Origin: an uncultured Bradymonadales bacterium
GTDB lineage: Bacteria; Myxococcota_A; Bradymonadia; Bradymonadales; Bradymonadaceae
Length of the DNA stretch: 24,684 bases
NCBI GenBank assembly: GCA_964384605.1
Contig: CAYLMO010000010.1
Location: forward strand, 1-24,684
Direction: 5' to 3'
Shown one piece after another: positions 9,547 to 18,282 of the stretch; within the stretch, counting starts at the first letter, position 1; every line of letters starts with the position of its first letter. The notes below the pieces were generated by a model. It made no database searches. It saw only the letters and a list, made by a program, of their open reading frames with translations, and was not told the origin of the DNA. Both the position numbers and the translations under genes were made by a program.

Positions 9547-9562
9547 GGCACACAATGTGCTC
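9547..9562 (+). promoter_or_regulatory. candidate sigma-54 (-24/-12) promoter TGGCACacaatGTGCT upstream of the Cys-rich repeat gene
   Basis: Matches TGGCAC-N5-TTGC with correct GG/GC spacing (only T to G at the first -12 position). Lies about 30 nt upstream of ATG 9593. The region also forms the palindrome GCACAcaaTGTGC. Confidence 0.4.
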
Positions 9563-9592
9563 AATGAATGGGTCGTACACCCGGAGGCAGTC

Positions 9593-10600
9593 ATGTCGCG
9601 TCAACGAAACCTCATCTCAGCACTCATCGTTCTGGCAATCACCGCGCTCGCATCCGACGCGTTTGCCCGCTCGTTCCGCGTCGACCAGACGCCCGGTGCC
9701 GACTTCAGCTGCGACCTCTGTCACCTTCCCGCCGGCGGACTCAACGACTTCGGCTTCGACTCCTTCCAGTTCGTCGACAACGGCAATGTCATCTGGGCCA
9801 ATCTCGCTGCCGTCGACAGCGACGGCGACGGCTACACCAACGGCGAAGAACTCGGTGACCCAACCGGTTCCTGGACCCCCGGCGATCCGATCCCGAGCGG
9901 CCAGACCGACCCGAACAACGCAAACGACACCCTGTGCGGCAACGGCCAGCTCGACGGCGAAGAAGAGTGCGAAGGCACCGAAACCGCCATGACCTGCGGC
10001 GACATCAACGCCGGCGTGGGCGAGCTCTCGTGCAATCCAACGACGTGCACCTTCGACACCAGCGCGTGCGGCGCTTGTGGCGACGGCATCGTCCAGTCAC
10101 CGCGCGAAGAGTGCGACGGCTCCGACCTCGCCGACGCAACCTGCGAGGCGCTCGGCTACTCCGGTGGGACGGTCAGCTGCGCGGCGAACTGCCAGCTCGA
10201 CACGAACGCCTGTGAAGGCGAGCCGGCCGATCCTGGCATGAGCGGTGGCGGTGGAACTCCCGCGCCGGGTACCGGCACCGGATTCTGCGGCGACGGACTG
10301 CGCAACGCCGGCGAAGCCTGCGAAGGCGGCGACCTCGGTGGGGCAACCTGCGGGTCGCTCGGCGCTGGCGACGGAATGCTCTTCTGTGACCTCAGCTGCA
10401 ACTACGACTTCTCGTCTTGCAGCGGCGGCAACGGGCTCTCCAAGGCCGACGACGGCGCGAGCGCACTCCCCCGCGACCCGGGCAACGACCTCATCATGGT
10501 CGGTGAAGCCTGCTCCGCATCGGGCGGCTCGACCCCAGACGGCGGACTGCTCGTGATTCTCGTGGGCTTGTTCGGCCTCGGCCTGCGCCGCCGCCGCTGA
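9593..10600 (+). CDS. secreted Cys-rich repeat protein (Myxococcus-type cysteine-rich repeats) with a C-terminal MYXO-CTERM-like sorting signal
   Basis: GGAGG 9583-9587 then ATG 9593. Signal peptide MSRQRNLISALIVLAITALASDAFA. Repeated CG.G..D..EECDG..C.. units. DSDGDGYTNGEE Ca-binding-like loop. C-terminus EACSASGGSTPDGGLLVILVGLFGLGLRRRR (Cys, G/S-rich, hydrophobic helix, Arg tail). CDLCH (CxxCH) follows the signal peptide. Confidence 0.75.
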   Translation: MSRQRNLISALIVLAITALASDAFARSFRVDQTPGADFSCDLCHLPAGGLNDFGFDSFQFVDNGNVIWANLAAVDSDGDGYTNGEELGDPTGSWTPGDPIPSGQTDPNNANDTLCGNGQLDGEEECEGTETAMTCGDINAGVGELSCNPTTCTFDTSACGACGDGIVQSPREECDGSDLADATCEALGYSGGTVSCAANCQLDTNACEGEPADPGMSGGGGTPAPGTGTGFCGDGLRNAGEACEGGDLGGATCGSLGAGDGMLFCDLSCNYDFSSCSGGNGLSKADDGASALPRDPGNDLIMVGEACSASGGSTPDGGLLVILVGLFGLGLRRRR

Positions 10601-10603
10601 GCT

Positions 10604-12532
10604 TCATGCGGCGTCGGAGTAGTGCGACTGCACCATCTGCGCATACACCCCATTCTGCTCCATCAGCGCTTCGTGATTTCCGCGCTCGACGATCTTTCCG
10701 CGGCGAAGCACCAGAATCTGGTCGGCATCGCGAATCGTCGAGAGGCGGTGCGCGATGACGATGGTCGTGCGTCCGGCGGTGAGGTTCGTGAGTGCGTCCT
10801 GGACCAGCTGTTCGGTTCGCGTGTCGACGCTGGCCGTCGCCTCGTCGAGCAGCAGAATCGGCGGATTGAACACAAGCGCTCGCGCAAAGCTCAAGAGCTG
10901 ACGTTCACCGGCGGAGAGGGTGCGACCACCTTCGTCCATCACGTGGTCGAGGCCGTCGGGGAATCGCGCGATGAGCTCGTCGGCGCAGACGGCGGCAGCG
11001 CACTCCATCACGCGTTCGTCGGTCACGTCGATGCCGAGCGTGATGTTGTCGCGGATCGAACCGGCGAAGATGACTACATCTTGCGGAACCAGCGCAATCC
11101 CGCGCCGGAGCTTGCGTAGCGTGTAGTCGCGTACGTTCTCACCATCGACCGAAACCGAACCGTCGTCGGCGTCGTAGAAGCGCGAAATCAGGTGCGCGAT
11201 GGTCGATTTTCCAGCCCCGGTGTCGCCGACGAGCGCCAGCATTTCGCCGGGCTGAATCTCGAACGAAACTCCGTGCAGGACCTCTTCTTCGGTGCCGGGA
11301 TAGCGGAACCGCACGTCTTCGAAAGCGACGCGACCTTCGGCCACTTCGAGCGCATCGTCGGCGTCGTCGGAGTCCCGCATCGCGGTCGGCGTCTCCAACA
11401 CGTCGAACACCCGCTCGCCCGCAGTCAGCGCGGTCTGGATGACGTTCACCTTCTCGGTCAGATTGCGCACGGGCACCCACAGTCGAGCGGTGTACTGCAG
11501 GAAGGTCATCAGCACGCCGATCGAGATGAGCCCGCCGGTCACGCGACCGTACCCGAGCCACAGCACGAGTGCGGTCGTACACGCCATCACGAACATCATC
11601 GACGGCCGCAAAAACGCCCACGACTGAATCACCCGAACCATCGAAGCCTGGTGCGCGTTCGTGAGCGACGCAACCTCGGCTCGACGGCGGTTTTCCTGGC
11701 GATAGAGCTGATTCTCGCGCATCCCGGAGATGTTCTCGGCGAGCCATGCGTTGATGCGCGAGACGACCGCGGAGTTGGTCCGAAGGGCAGGGCGCGCGAG
11801 CACGCGATAGAGCCACGCGATGCCGATGAGCGCCGGGAACGAACCGCACAGCACGAGCGCCAGGACGGGGTCGAGCGCGAGCATCACCGCGACCAAGATG
11901 CCGATGAACAGCAGGTCGCGGAACCCCTGCGCAAACGCGTTGGCGAACAGTTCGCTCAGCGACTGAACGTCGAACGTGGTGCGGTTCACCAGTCTCCCGA
12001 CCGGATTGTTGTGCAGGAATCCCTGATCCATCCCCGAGATGTGGTGGTACACGTCGACCCGCAGGTCGTGCACCACCAGCTGCCCGAGGCGCTGCATCAG
12101 ATACGCGGCGCCCGTCTCGAAGCACCAACGAATCACCCACATCGCCATGATCAGCACGCCGAAGAACACCGCGACGCCGACGCCCGCCGACTCCCACGTG
12201 AAGAGCGGCACGAACCACCCCTCGAGCGTGTCGATGATGCCGTCGAGGAACGCCGGTTTACGCACGGCGCCGGGCACAATTCGGTCGACCGCCATCCCGA
12301 TCAGATAGGCTGGCAAGGTCATCAAGAGCGCCTGAACCACGGCCAACACCACGGTGAGCGCGGCGATCGGCTTGTACGGCGAGAGGTAGCGCAGCAGCTT
12401 CCAGAGCAGCGTCAGATCGACGTCCTCCGACTCGATCCGCTCCTCTTCGAGCATTCGCTTGAGCAGCGGGTCATTCGCCATCTCGAGCGCACGACGTTCA
12501 ATCGCGGAGTATTTCTTCTTCGATTTGCTCAT
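10604..12532 (-). CDS. ABC transporter permease/ATP-binding fusion protein (type I exporter half-transporter, MsbA/MdlB-like)
   Basis: 642 aa. Six TM helices in the N-terminal half. Walker A GDTGAGKST, signature LSAGERQLLSFARAL, Walker B ILLLDEATASVD, H-loop IAHRL. ATG overlaps the upstream gene's stop (ATGA at 12529-12532). Confidence 0.9.
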   Translation of the reverse strand: MSKSKKKYSAIERRALEMANDPLLKRMLEEERIESEDVDLTLLWKLLRYLSPYKPIAALTVVLAVVQALLMTLPAYLIGMAVDRIVPGAVRKPAFLDGIIDTLEGWFVPLFTWESAGVGVAVFFGVLIMAMWVIRWCFETGAAYLMQRLGQLVVHDLRVDVYHHISGMDQGFLHNNPVGRLVNRTTFDVQSLSELFANAFAQGFRDLLFIGILVAVMLALDPVLALVLCGSFPALIGIAWLYRVLARPALRTNSAVVSRINAWLAENISGMRENQLYRQENRRRAEVASLTNAHQASMVRVIQSWAFLRPSMMFVMACTTALVLWLGYGRVTGGLISIGVLMTFLQYTARLWVPVRNLTEKVNVIQTALTAGERVFDVLETPTAMRDSDDADDALEVAEGRVAFEDVRFRYPGTEEEVLHGVSFEIQPGEMLALVGDTGAGKSTIAHLISRFYDADDGSVSVDGENVRDYTLRKLRRGIALVPQDVVIFAGSIRDNITLGIDVTDERVMECAAAVCADELIARFPDGLDHVMDEGGRTLSAGERQLLSFARALVFNPPILLLDEATASVDTRTEQLVQDALTNLTAGRTTIVIAHRLSTIRDADQILVLRRGKIVERGNHEALMEQNGVYAQMVQSHYSDAA

Positions 12533-14376
12533 TCCGCGGCCGCCTCGTTCTCTTGCTGCATCTGCTGCGCGGCGATCTCGGCGTAGTAGCCGTCGCCTTG
12601 GACGAGCTCGTCATGCGTACCGACGGCGGTCACATGGCCGTTCTCGAGCACTACGATTTGGTCGCAACCCTGAACCGCTCGGACCCGGTGCGACACCACG
12701 ATCCCGGTACAGCCGTCGAGGACGTCTCGCAGGCTGTCGAGGATCGCCTCTTCGGTCTTCGAGTCGACCGCGCTCAGGCAGTCGTCCAACACGAGCACCT
12801 TCGGTTTCGCCCCGATTGCGCGGGCGATGGCGAGTCGTTGCCGCTGGCCTCCCGACAGGTTCACGCCGCGCTCACCGAGCATGGTCTCGTAGCCGTCGGA
12901 GAAGGTCTCGACCTCTGCATGAAGCTGTGCGGTCTTCGCGAGCGACACGACCTCGTCGCGGCTCAGTTGGTTGCCCATCGAGATGTTCCGTTCGAGCGTG
13001 GTGCTGAAGAGGAACGTCTCCTGCGGGCCAACGACAATCTGCTCACGCAGCGAGTCGAGCTTCAGGCTGCGCACGTCTACATCGTCGAGGAAGATCGTGC
13101 CTTCGGGCGGGTCGTAAAGGCGCGCCAGCAGCGAGACCAGCGTCGACTTGCCGCACCCGACCGGACCAAACAGCCCGAGCGTCGAGCCCGCCGGGACCTC
13201 GATCGAGACATCGTGCAGCGCTTCGATAGGCCCGTCGTCGTGTTCCACCTCGACGCCGTCTTCCTCGACGACACGCGGTCCCGAGTACGAGAATGAGAGT
13301 CCGCGAATCGAGATGGCGCCTGGGCCGACCGCGACCTTCGCGTCGTCGGCATCCGTGATCGTCACGTCCTCCGAGAGCAATCGGTCGATTCGGCCGAGCG
13401 AAGCGCGTCCGCGCTGGAACAGTGAAATCGCCCACCCAAGCCCGATCATTGGGCCCGTCAGGTAGCCGATCAGGAACAGGAACGCGACGAACGTTCCGGT
13501 CGAAATCTCCCCCTTCACGACCTGGATTCCGCCGAAGATGACGATCAGCGCCTTAGACAATCCGAGCATGAAATCGAGCGTCGGATCGAACAACGCATGC
13601 ACTCGGGCGAGCCACATATTCTTGCCGAAGTGGCGCCACGAGTAGTCGCGAAAGCGCTCCCGGTCGAACGATTCACGCGCGTACCCCTGGATGATTCGCA
13701 TGCCTGCGTAGCTCTCGCGAACCCGTTCGGTCATGTCGCTCAGGTCTTCCTGGACCTGCTCGTGCCCGGTGTACTCCAGGTGGCTGAGCTTGTTCGTCAC
13801 CATGTAAATCAGCGGCAGCGGAATCAACGCGTAGAGCGTCAGCTCCCACGACAAGAGTCCCATGATCACGAGCACCATCGACACGATCAGCACCGTGTCG
13901 CTCCCGACGAGGACTCCCGGACCCAACATCATCCGCACGGCGCTCACGTCGCTCGTCGCACGCGACATCAAATCTCCCGACTTCGACCGGTCGTAGAACG
14001 ATTGCGTTTGGTTGAGCAGTGCGCCCGCAATGGCGCGCCGAATGGTCTGCCCGATTCGGTGCGACGGAATCGCGACGCGCGTGACCATCGGGTACCGCGA
14101 CAGGTTCGCGACGAGCGCCAGCGCCAGATACACCAGCACTGTCCCGAGCAGGGTAAAGCTACCCGCACTCAACCCGATCAACGCGAGCGGGCGAGGCATC
14201 TCCACGGCGCCGCCGAGGACCTCCGACTCCACGATCTCCACGGCGAGCGCGAGAAAGAGTGGCGAGATCGTTTCCATCAGGTTGACCGTGAACAAGGCGG
14301 TCAACCCGACGAAATACGCCCACTTCTCGGCTCGGACGAGCTCGAAGAATCGTCTTATGAACTGTGCGATTGGCAC
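12529..14376 (-). CDS. ABC transporter permease/ATP-binding fusion protein, likely heterodimer partner of the downstream gene
   Basis: 615 aa. GTG start at 14374-14376. TM domain then GPVGCGKST (Walker A), LSGGQRQRLAIARAI (signature), VLVLDDCLSAVD (Walker B), SHRV (H-loop). Overlaps the downstream ABC gene by 4 nt. Confidence 0.9.
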   Translation of the reverse strand: MPIAQFIRRFFELVRAEKWAYFVGLTALFTVNLMETISPLFLALAVEIVESEVLGGAVEMPRPLALIGLSAGSFTLLGTVLVYLALALVANLSRYPMVTRVAIPSHRIGQTIRRAIAGALLNQTQSFYDRSKSGDLMSRATSDVSAVRMMLGPGVLVGSDTVLIVSMVLVIMGLLSWELTLYALIPLPLIYMVTNKLSHLEYTGHEQVQEDLSDMTERVRESYAGMRIIQGYARESFDRERFRDYSWRHFGKNMWLARVHALFDPTLDFMLGLSKALIVIFGGIQVVKGEISTGTFVAFLFLIGYLTGPMIGLGWAISLFQRGRASLGRIDRLLSEDVTITDADDAKVAVGPGAISIRGLSFSYSGPRVVEEDGVEVEHDDGPIEALHDVSIEVPAGSTLGLFGPVGCGKSTLVSLLARLYDPPEGTIFLDDVDVRSLKLDSLREQIVVGPQETFLFSTTLERNISMGNQLSRDEVVSLAKTAQLHAEVETFSDGYETMLGERGVNLSGGQRQRLAIARAIGAKPKVLVLDDCLSAVDSKTEEAILDSLRDVLDGCTGIVVSHRVRAVQGCDQIVVLENGHVTAVGTHDELVQGDGYYAEIAAQQMQQENEAAAE

Positions 14377-14426
14377 AACGGACTCTGCGGGATTGGCGAT
14401 GAACGGCAGGCGAGTGAGTACCTGAA

Positions 14427-14455
14427 AGTGGCTCGAATTTCGAGTTATTCCACTT
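14427..14455 (-). terminator. compound stem-loop (aaagtgg-ctcgaa-ttt-cgag..ccacttt) downstream of the kinase gene and upstream of the ABC operon. Possible intrinsic terminator lacking a strong U-tract, or a regulatory hairpin.
   Basis: Outer 7-bp inverted repeat AAAGTGG/CCACTTT encloses an inner CTCGAA/TTCGAG repeat. Lies in the lower-GC intergenic stretch 14377-14468. Confidence 0.3.
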
Positions 14456-14468
14456 TGCTCATTTCACC

Positions 14469-16370
14469 TCAATCGTCGAGCGGATCGGTCCCGAGGATTC
14501 GGCGCAATCGACCGCGCGTATCTTCGTTCGAGTCTTTCTGCGCCTGGTCGAGCGAGTAGGACTTCGAGAGTACCTGCACGGTGCCCCGAGGCGAGGCCGC
14601 GAATTCCGCGCGCAGCTTCTCGAGTTCCATCAGGAACGAACGCGGTTGATCCGAAACCGCGGCGGCGCGCTCGAGCACTTCCTGGGCTGCGAGGAAATTG
14701 CCGCGACGCCGGAACTGCCCTGACAGTTCGAGCACCCGATCGACCTCGTCGTCCGAGAACGCCAGGCTCGGCGAGCTCAGGTTCGAGCTCGCTTCGCTCA
14801 AGTCGCGCCGCTCGGTCTTCACCGCGTCGTCGATGCGCACGACCCCGTGGTCAGCGAGCGAGAACACGGCCTCCTCGATATCGAACGGTAGTCCCGACGC
14901 TCGCGTACGGAGCTCCGAAATCGAGATTGGCTGTTCAGCGAGCGACAGCACGAAGTTTTGCCCCTGCGTCCAATCTCGCCCCGGCAAAGGGCCGGTTCGC
15001 GCGATGGTCGCTCCGTTTCCGATCGACCGCCGCACACCGTGCTTGTCGAGGAAGTACTCCAGCGCCGCGTGGCACGTGGGGCTGAGCTCCACGCCGAATC
15101 CCGTCGGATGTTGGTGGCAGTGCGATACGACTCGCCCCTCGAGCTTCAACTCGGCGTCCGCCGGTTCGTACACCACCCGTATCGCAACGATGTCGTTCTG
15201 GTCCGGAAAATCGCCGTCGGCGGTGACGAACAACCCTCGCGCGATCAGGTTTCGGCGATACTCTCGCCGCATCCGTTCGGCGGTCCCGAAGACCATTCGC
15301 CAGCATGGCACAGAGTCGATCGGGCGTTCGATGACGAGCGACGGAGACCGCGAGACTCTCGAAGTGACGGGCGCGGTTTTGCTCGACCGGAAGCTCTCTT
15401 CGTACGCCACGGAGTCGAGCGAATCGCCCACGGGCACGAATGTCGTTTCGGCAGCCGCATCGCGGAAGGCGGCGACGAACGACTCCACGTCGGGCCAGCG
15501 GTTCTTGCGCGAAACTTCGATCGCCCGCATGACCGTCGCGCTGGTGGCCTCGTTTACTTCGGAATTCAGTTCGTACAGCGGTCGCGGTGTGCGGCGTGCG
15601 CGGACCTCCGAATAGGCGTCGGCCCAACCTTCCGTGACCCAGGGCACGCGGCCGCTCAACATCTCGTAGACCACACATCCGAGCGCGAACACGTCCGCCC
15701 GCGGGTCGATGTCTTCACCGTCTGCGTGCTCCGGCGACATGTAGCGCGGAGTACCAAAGACGGACCCAGATTCGACGGTATTGTTGATGATCGAGGCCGT
15801 GCCGAAGTCGAGCACCTTCCAAACATGCCGATTGCCCGGCCGGCGCGCGTGCATGATGTTGGCCGGCTTCAAGTCGAGGTGCACAATCCCGAGCGCATGC
15901 ACCGAAGAGAGCGCGCTTCCTACCGCCACCAGACAGTCGAGCGTCTCGCGCAGCGACAACATTCTTCGGCGAACGAGGATATCGGTGAGTCGATCACCTT
16001 CGAGCAGCTCCATCGTCAGGAAGTACCCGTGCGCGGCGCAATGGCCGAAGTCGGTCACGAACACGATGTTGTCGTGACCGATCAGGCTCGTCGCCTTGGC
16101 CTCCTCCTGGAATCTGCGAATGAACTTCGGGTCGTGCGCAATCTCCGGGTGCAGAATCTTCAGCGCGAAGCGATGTCCCAGGTGCACGTGCCGCACCTCG
16201 TAAACCCTCCCGAACCCGCCTCGACCAATCTCGCCGGTGACCCGGTAGCGATTGTCGATCACCTGACCGATCGCCGATTGGAACCTCGGGATGGCGTGCT
16301 CGAGCTCGTCGAGCGCACGTTCGATCTCCGAATCGCTCGCGGCGAGGTTTTCGTTCATGCCGTCGTTCAT
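14469..16370 (-). CDS. serine/threonine protein kinase (Hanks-type) with a long C-terminal regulatory region
   Basis: Kinase motifs GEIGRGGFGRVY, ALKIL, HLDLKPANI, DFG, GTPRYMSPE. The ORF track starts at a TTG (16382). The first ATG is 16368-16370 (MNDGM...), with an alternative ATG at 16358. No strong SD is present. The C-terminal ~300 aa have an RREYRR...ADGDF stretch only weakly PilZ-like. Confidence 0.8.
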   Translation of the reverse strand: MNDGMNENLAASDSEIERALDELEHAIPRFQSAIGQVIDNRYRVTGEIGRGGFGRVYEVRHVHLGHRFALKILHPEIAHDPKFIRRFQEEAKATSLIGHDNIVFVTDFGHCAAHGYFLTMELLEGDRLTDILVRRRMLSLRETLDCLVAVGSALSSVHALGIVHLDLKPANIMHARRPGNRHVWKVLDFGTASIINNTVESGSVFGTPRYMSPEHADGEDIDPRADVFALGCVVYEMLSGRVPWVTEGWADAYSEVRARRTPRPLYELNSEVNEATSATVMRAIEVSRKNRWPDVESFVAAFRDAAAETTFVPVGDSLDSVAYEESFRSSKTAPVTSRVSRSPSLVIERPIDSVPCWRMVFGTAERMRREYRRNLIARGLFVTADGDFPDQNDIVAIRVVYEPADAELKLEGRVVSHCHQHPTGFGVELSPTCHAALEYFLDKHGVRRSIGNGATIARTGPLPGRDWTQGQNFVLSLAEQPISISELRTRASGLPFDIEEAVFSLADHGVVRIDDAVKTERRDLSEASSNLSSPSLAFSDDEVDRVLELSGQFRRRGNFLAAQEVLERAAAVSDQPRSFLMELEKLRAEFAASPRGTVQVLSKSYSLDQAQKDSNEDTRGRLRRILGTDPLDD

Positions 16371-16426
16371 GATAGGTGACAAAGTGAATCGGAGGGCCGG
16401 TGCACGGCCTCCAAATGGAGTTTCTT

Positions 16427-17422
16427 ATGACCGAACTCGTCCAGACACTCACGCAATGGTTGGAGATCGATTCGACCTCGGGTGGTGAGGCTGCCTTCCT
16501 CGAGGCGCTCCAGGCGCACTTCGAGGGTTTGGGCTACCGGTGCGAACGCGACGAGGTCGCGCCCAATCGTTGGAACTTGTTGTGCACGACGTCGGCAACG
16601 CCGCGACTCGTCTACTCGACGCACGTCGACACGGTCCCGCCGTTTCTGGGCCCGCGAATCGAGGGCGACACGATCTACGGACGCGGGGCGTGCGACACGA
16701 AGGGTGGCATCGTCGCGATGATGGCGGCCGCTGAGAAACTTCGTAGCGAAGGGCACCAAGAGGTCGGGTTCCTGTTCGTCGTCGGCGAAGAGGTCGACCA
16801 CTGCGGCGCCAAGCACGCCGGCACCAAATCGATCGAAGGCGTCGAACGAATCATCCTGTGCGAGCCGACTCGAAATCGCGTCGTGGCCGCCCAGAAAGGG
16901 ATGATCAAGTTCGAAGCCCGCGCCAAAGGCATCGCCGGCCACTCCGCCTACCCCGACCGCGGCGAATCGGCAGTCCACAAGCTTCTCGACGCGATCGAAC
17001 GTTGGCGAGCCGAACCGTGGCCTACGCACGAACTTCTCGGACCGACCACCATCAACGTCGGAGTCATCGAAGGTGGAGTTGCGGCGAACGTGTTTGCGCC
17101 CGAAGCAAGCGCGCAGATCTTGGTCCGCGCGGTGTCTGCCGTCGAGCCGATGGTTGCGCGCTTCAGGGAGCTTGCCCCCGAGGTCGAGATCGACGTTCCC
17201 GCCATGAACGACCCGGTCTTCTTCGACCCGCCCGCAGACGTAGAGACGGCGACCGTCGCCTTCAACACCGACGCCACCTACTTGGGAGGTCTCGCCCCCA
17301 TCTGGTTGGTCGGTCCCGGAGATATCGAGGTCGCCCACTCGGTCAACGAACACATCACCGTTCAAGACCTCGAGGCGGGAGTCGAGCTTTACGCTCAACT
17401 TGGTCGTGTCGCGCTCGGCTGA
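16427..17422 (+). CDS. M20 family metallopeptidase (ArgE/DapE-type acetylornithine deacetylase / succinyl-DAP desuccinylase-like)
   Basis: GGAG 16417-16420 then ATG 16427 (MTELVQTL). HVDTVP metal-binding motif, GRGACDTKGG, GEEVDHCGA, and a dimerisation-domain-like middle region. Divergent from the kinase gene. Confidence 0.75.
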   Translation: MTELVQTLTQWLEIDSTSGGEAAFLEALQAHFEGLGYRCERDEVAPNRWNLLCTTSATPRLVYSTHVDTVPPFLGPRIEGDTIYGRGACDTKGGIVAMMAAAEKLRSEGHQEVGFLFVVGEEVDHCGAKHAGTKSIEGVERIILCEPTRNRVVAAQKGMIKFEARAKGIAGHSAYPDRGESAVHKLLDAIERWRAEPWPTHELLGPTTINVGVIEGGVAANVFAPEASAQILVRAVSAVEPMVARFRELAPEVEIDVPAMNDPVFFDPPADVETATVAFNTDATYLGGLAPIWLVGPGDIEVAHSVNEHITVQDLEAGVELYAQLGRVALG

Positions 17423-17433
17423 AATCCCCCGCA

Positions 17434-17652
17434 CTACTCCTCCCTCGAGAGCGGCTTCTCTTGGTGGGTCAGCATCGCGGCCGCAAGCCGCTTCGCGTCC
17501 ACCTCGTACTCCCCAGCTTCGACCGCATCCCGCAGCTCGTCGCAGCTCAGCTCGGCCTCGGAGTTCTCGACGATCTCCGACAGCTCCGCTAGCTCCGACG
17601 CTGATACCGTCGTCGCAGCACTGTTTTTCGATTTCGAAGAGTCCCGGCTCAC
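17434..17652 (-). CDS. FlgM-family anti-sigma factor-like small protein (72 aa)
   Basis: GTG start 17650-17652 preceded by GAGG (spacing 6). Ser/Thr-rich disordered N-terminus. C-terminus ELRDAVEAGEYEVDAKRLAAAML matches the conserved FlgM C-terminal helix pattern (..I..G.Y.VD..KIA..ML). Confidence 0.5.
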   Translation of the reverse strand: MSRDSSKSKNSAATTVSASELAELSEIVENSEAELSCDELRDAVEAGEYEVDAKRLAAAMLTHQEKPLSREE

Positions 17653-17682
17653 GCGAACCTCATGTCGAAGCGTTCACGCGAG

Positions 17683-17710
17683 ACATCGGCACGAATTCGC
17701 TCGGCCTTAA
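17683..17710 (-). promoter_or_regulatory. sigma-28/FliA-like promoter candidate (TTAAGGCC-N12-GCCGATGT) upstream of the FlgM-like gene
   Basis: Minus-strand reading gives TTAAGGCC gagcgaattcgt GCCGATGT, close to the class-3 flagellar promoter consensus TAAAGTTT-N11-GCCGATAA. It lies ~30 nt upstream of the GTG start. Confidence 0.3.
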
Positions 17711-17737
17711 GCTCTTGAAGATGGAGAGGTGCCCGAC

Positions 17738-18097
17738 TTAGGCGGTGTAGACCACGCCCTGGGCGTCGAGCCAGTCCTGCGCCTTGGCGCGCACCGACTC
17801 CGAAAAGTAGGCCGCGAAATCGTCGCTCAGATCGGCGCCACGAACCTGGGCGCAAAGCACCTCGATCGTTTCGCCCTCGGCTCGAATCCCATGAGCCTCC
17901 AAAAACTCTCTCAGGAGTTCCTCGCGGCGGATTGGGGCTTTGGGAAGCTCCACAAAGTCGCGAGCCGGTCGATGCTCCGGAATGCCCTCCACCACCATCG
18001 CTCTCGGAAGGTCGAGATAATGGGGGCCGGACAACTCGGCATCTTGCTCGAAGTACTCCAACAATTCGCGAACCAGCGGATTTCGGGGGCGACTCAT
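17738..18097 (-). CDS. hypothetical protein (~119 aa)
   Basis: ATG 18095-18097 (MSRPRNPLVRELLEYFEQD...) preceded by purine-rich AGAGAGAAG. The ORF track's longer N-terminal extension (from 18187) is Arg-rich and runs into a low-GC intergenic region. Confidence 0.4.
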   Translation of the reverse strand: MSRPRNPLVRELLEYFEQDAELSGPHYLDLPRAMVVEGIPEHRPARDFVELPKAPIRREELLREFLEAHGIRAEGETIEVLCAQVRGADLSDDFAAYFSESVRAKAQDWLDAQGVVYTA

Positions 18098-18282
18098 ACT
18101 ACTTCTCTCTAAACGACGAGCGGACGCACTCGTAAAGATGCGTCTAGTATCGAAAGGTTGCGCGCCAATCCGGAATACCTGCAGCACAAGTATTTCAGCG
18201 CACTTCGTTCGATGTTAGGCAACCCGCAAGAATTCCATTATCCTCGCGTCGACGCCGACGGATTCGTCACAAGGGCTACGGC

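Noticed and set aside
8994-9992. 332-aa plus-strand ORF spanning the OMP 3' end and the intergenic region
   Set aside because: Out of frame with the supported OMP and Cys-rich genes. The translation is R/P/S-rich.
14469-15500. PilZ domain in the kinase C-terminal region
   Set aside because: An RxxxR-like RREYRR is present, but the downstream D/NxSxxG motif is not clear (ADGDF). Too weak to call without an HMM.
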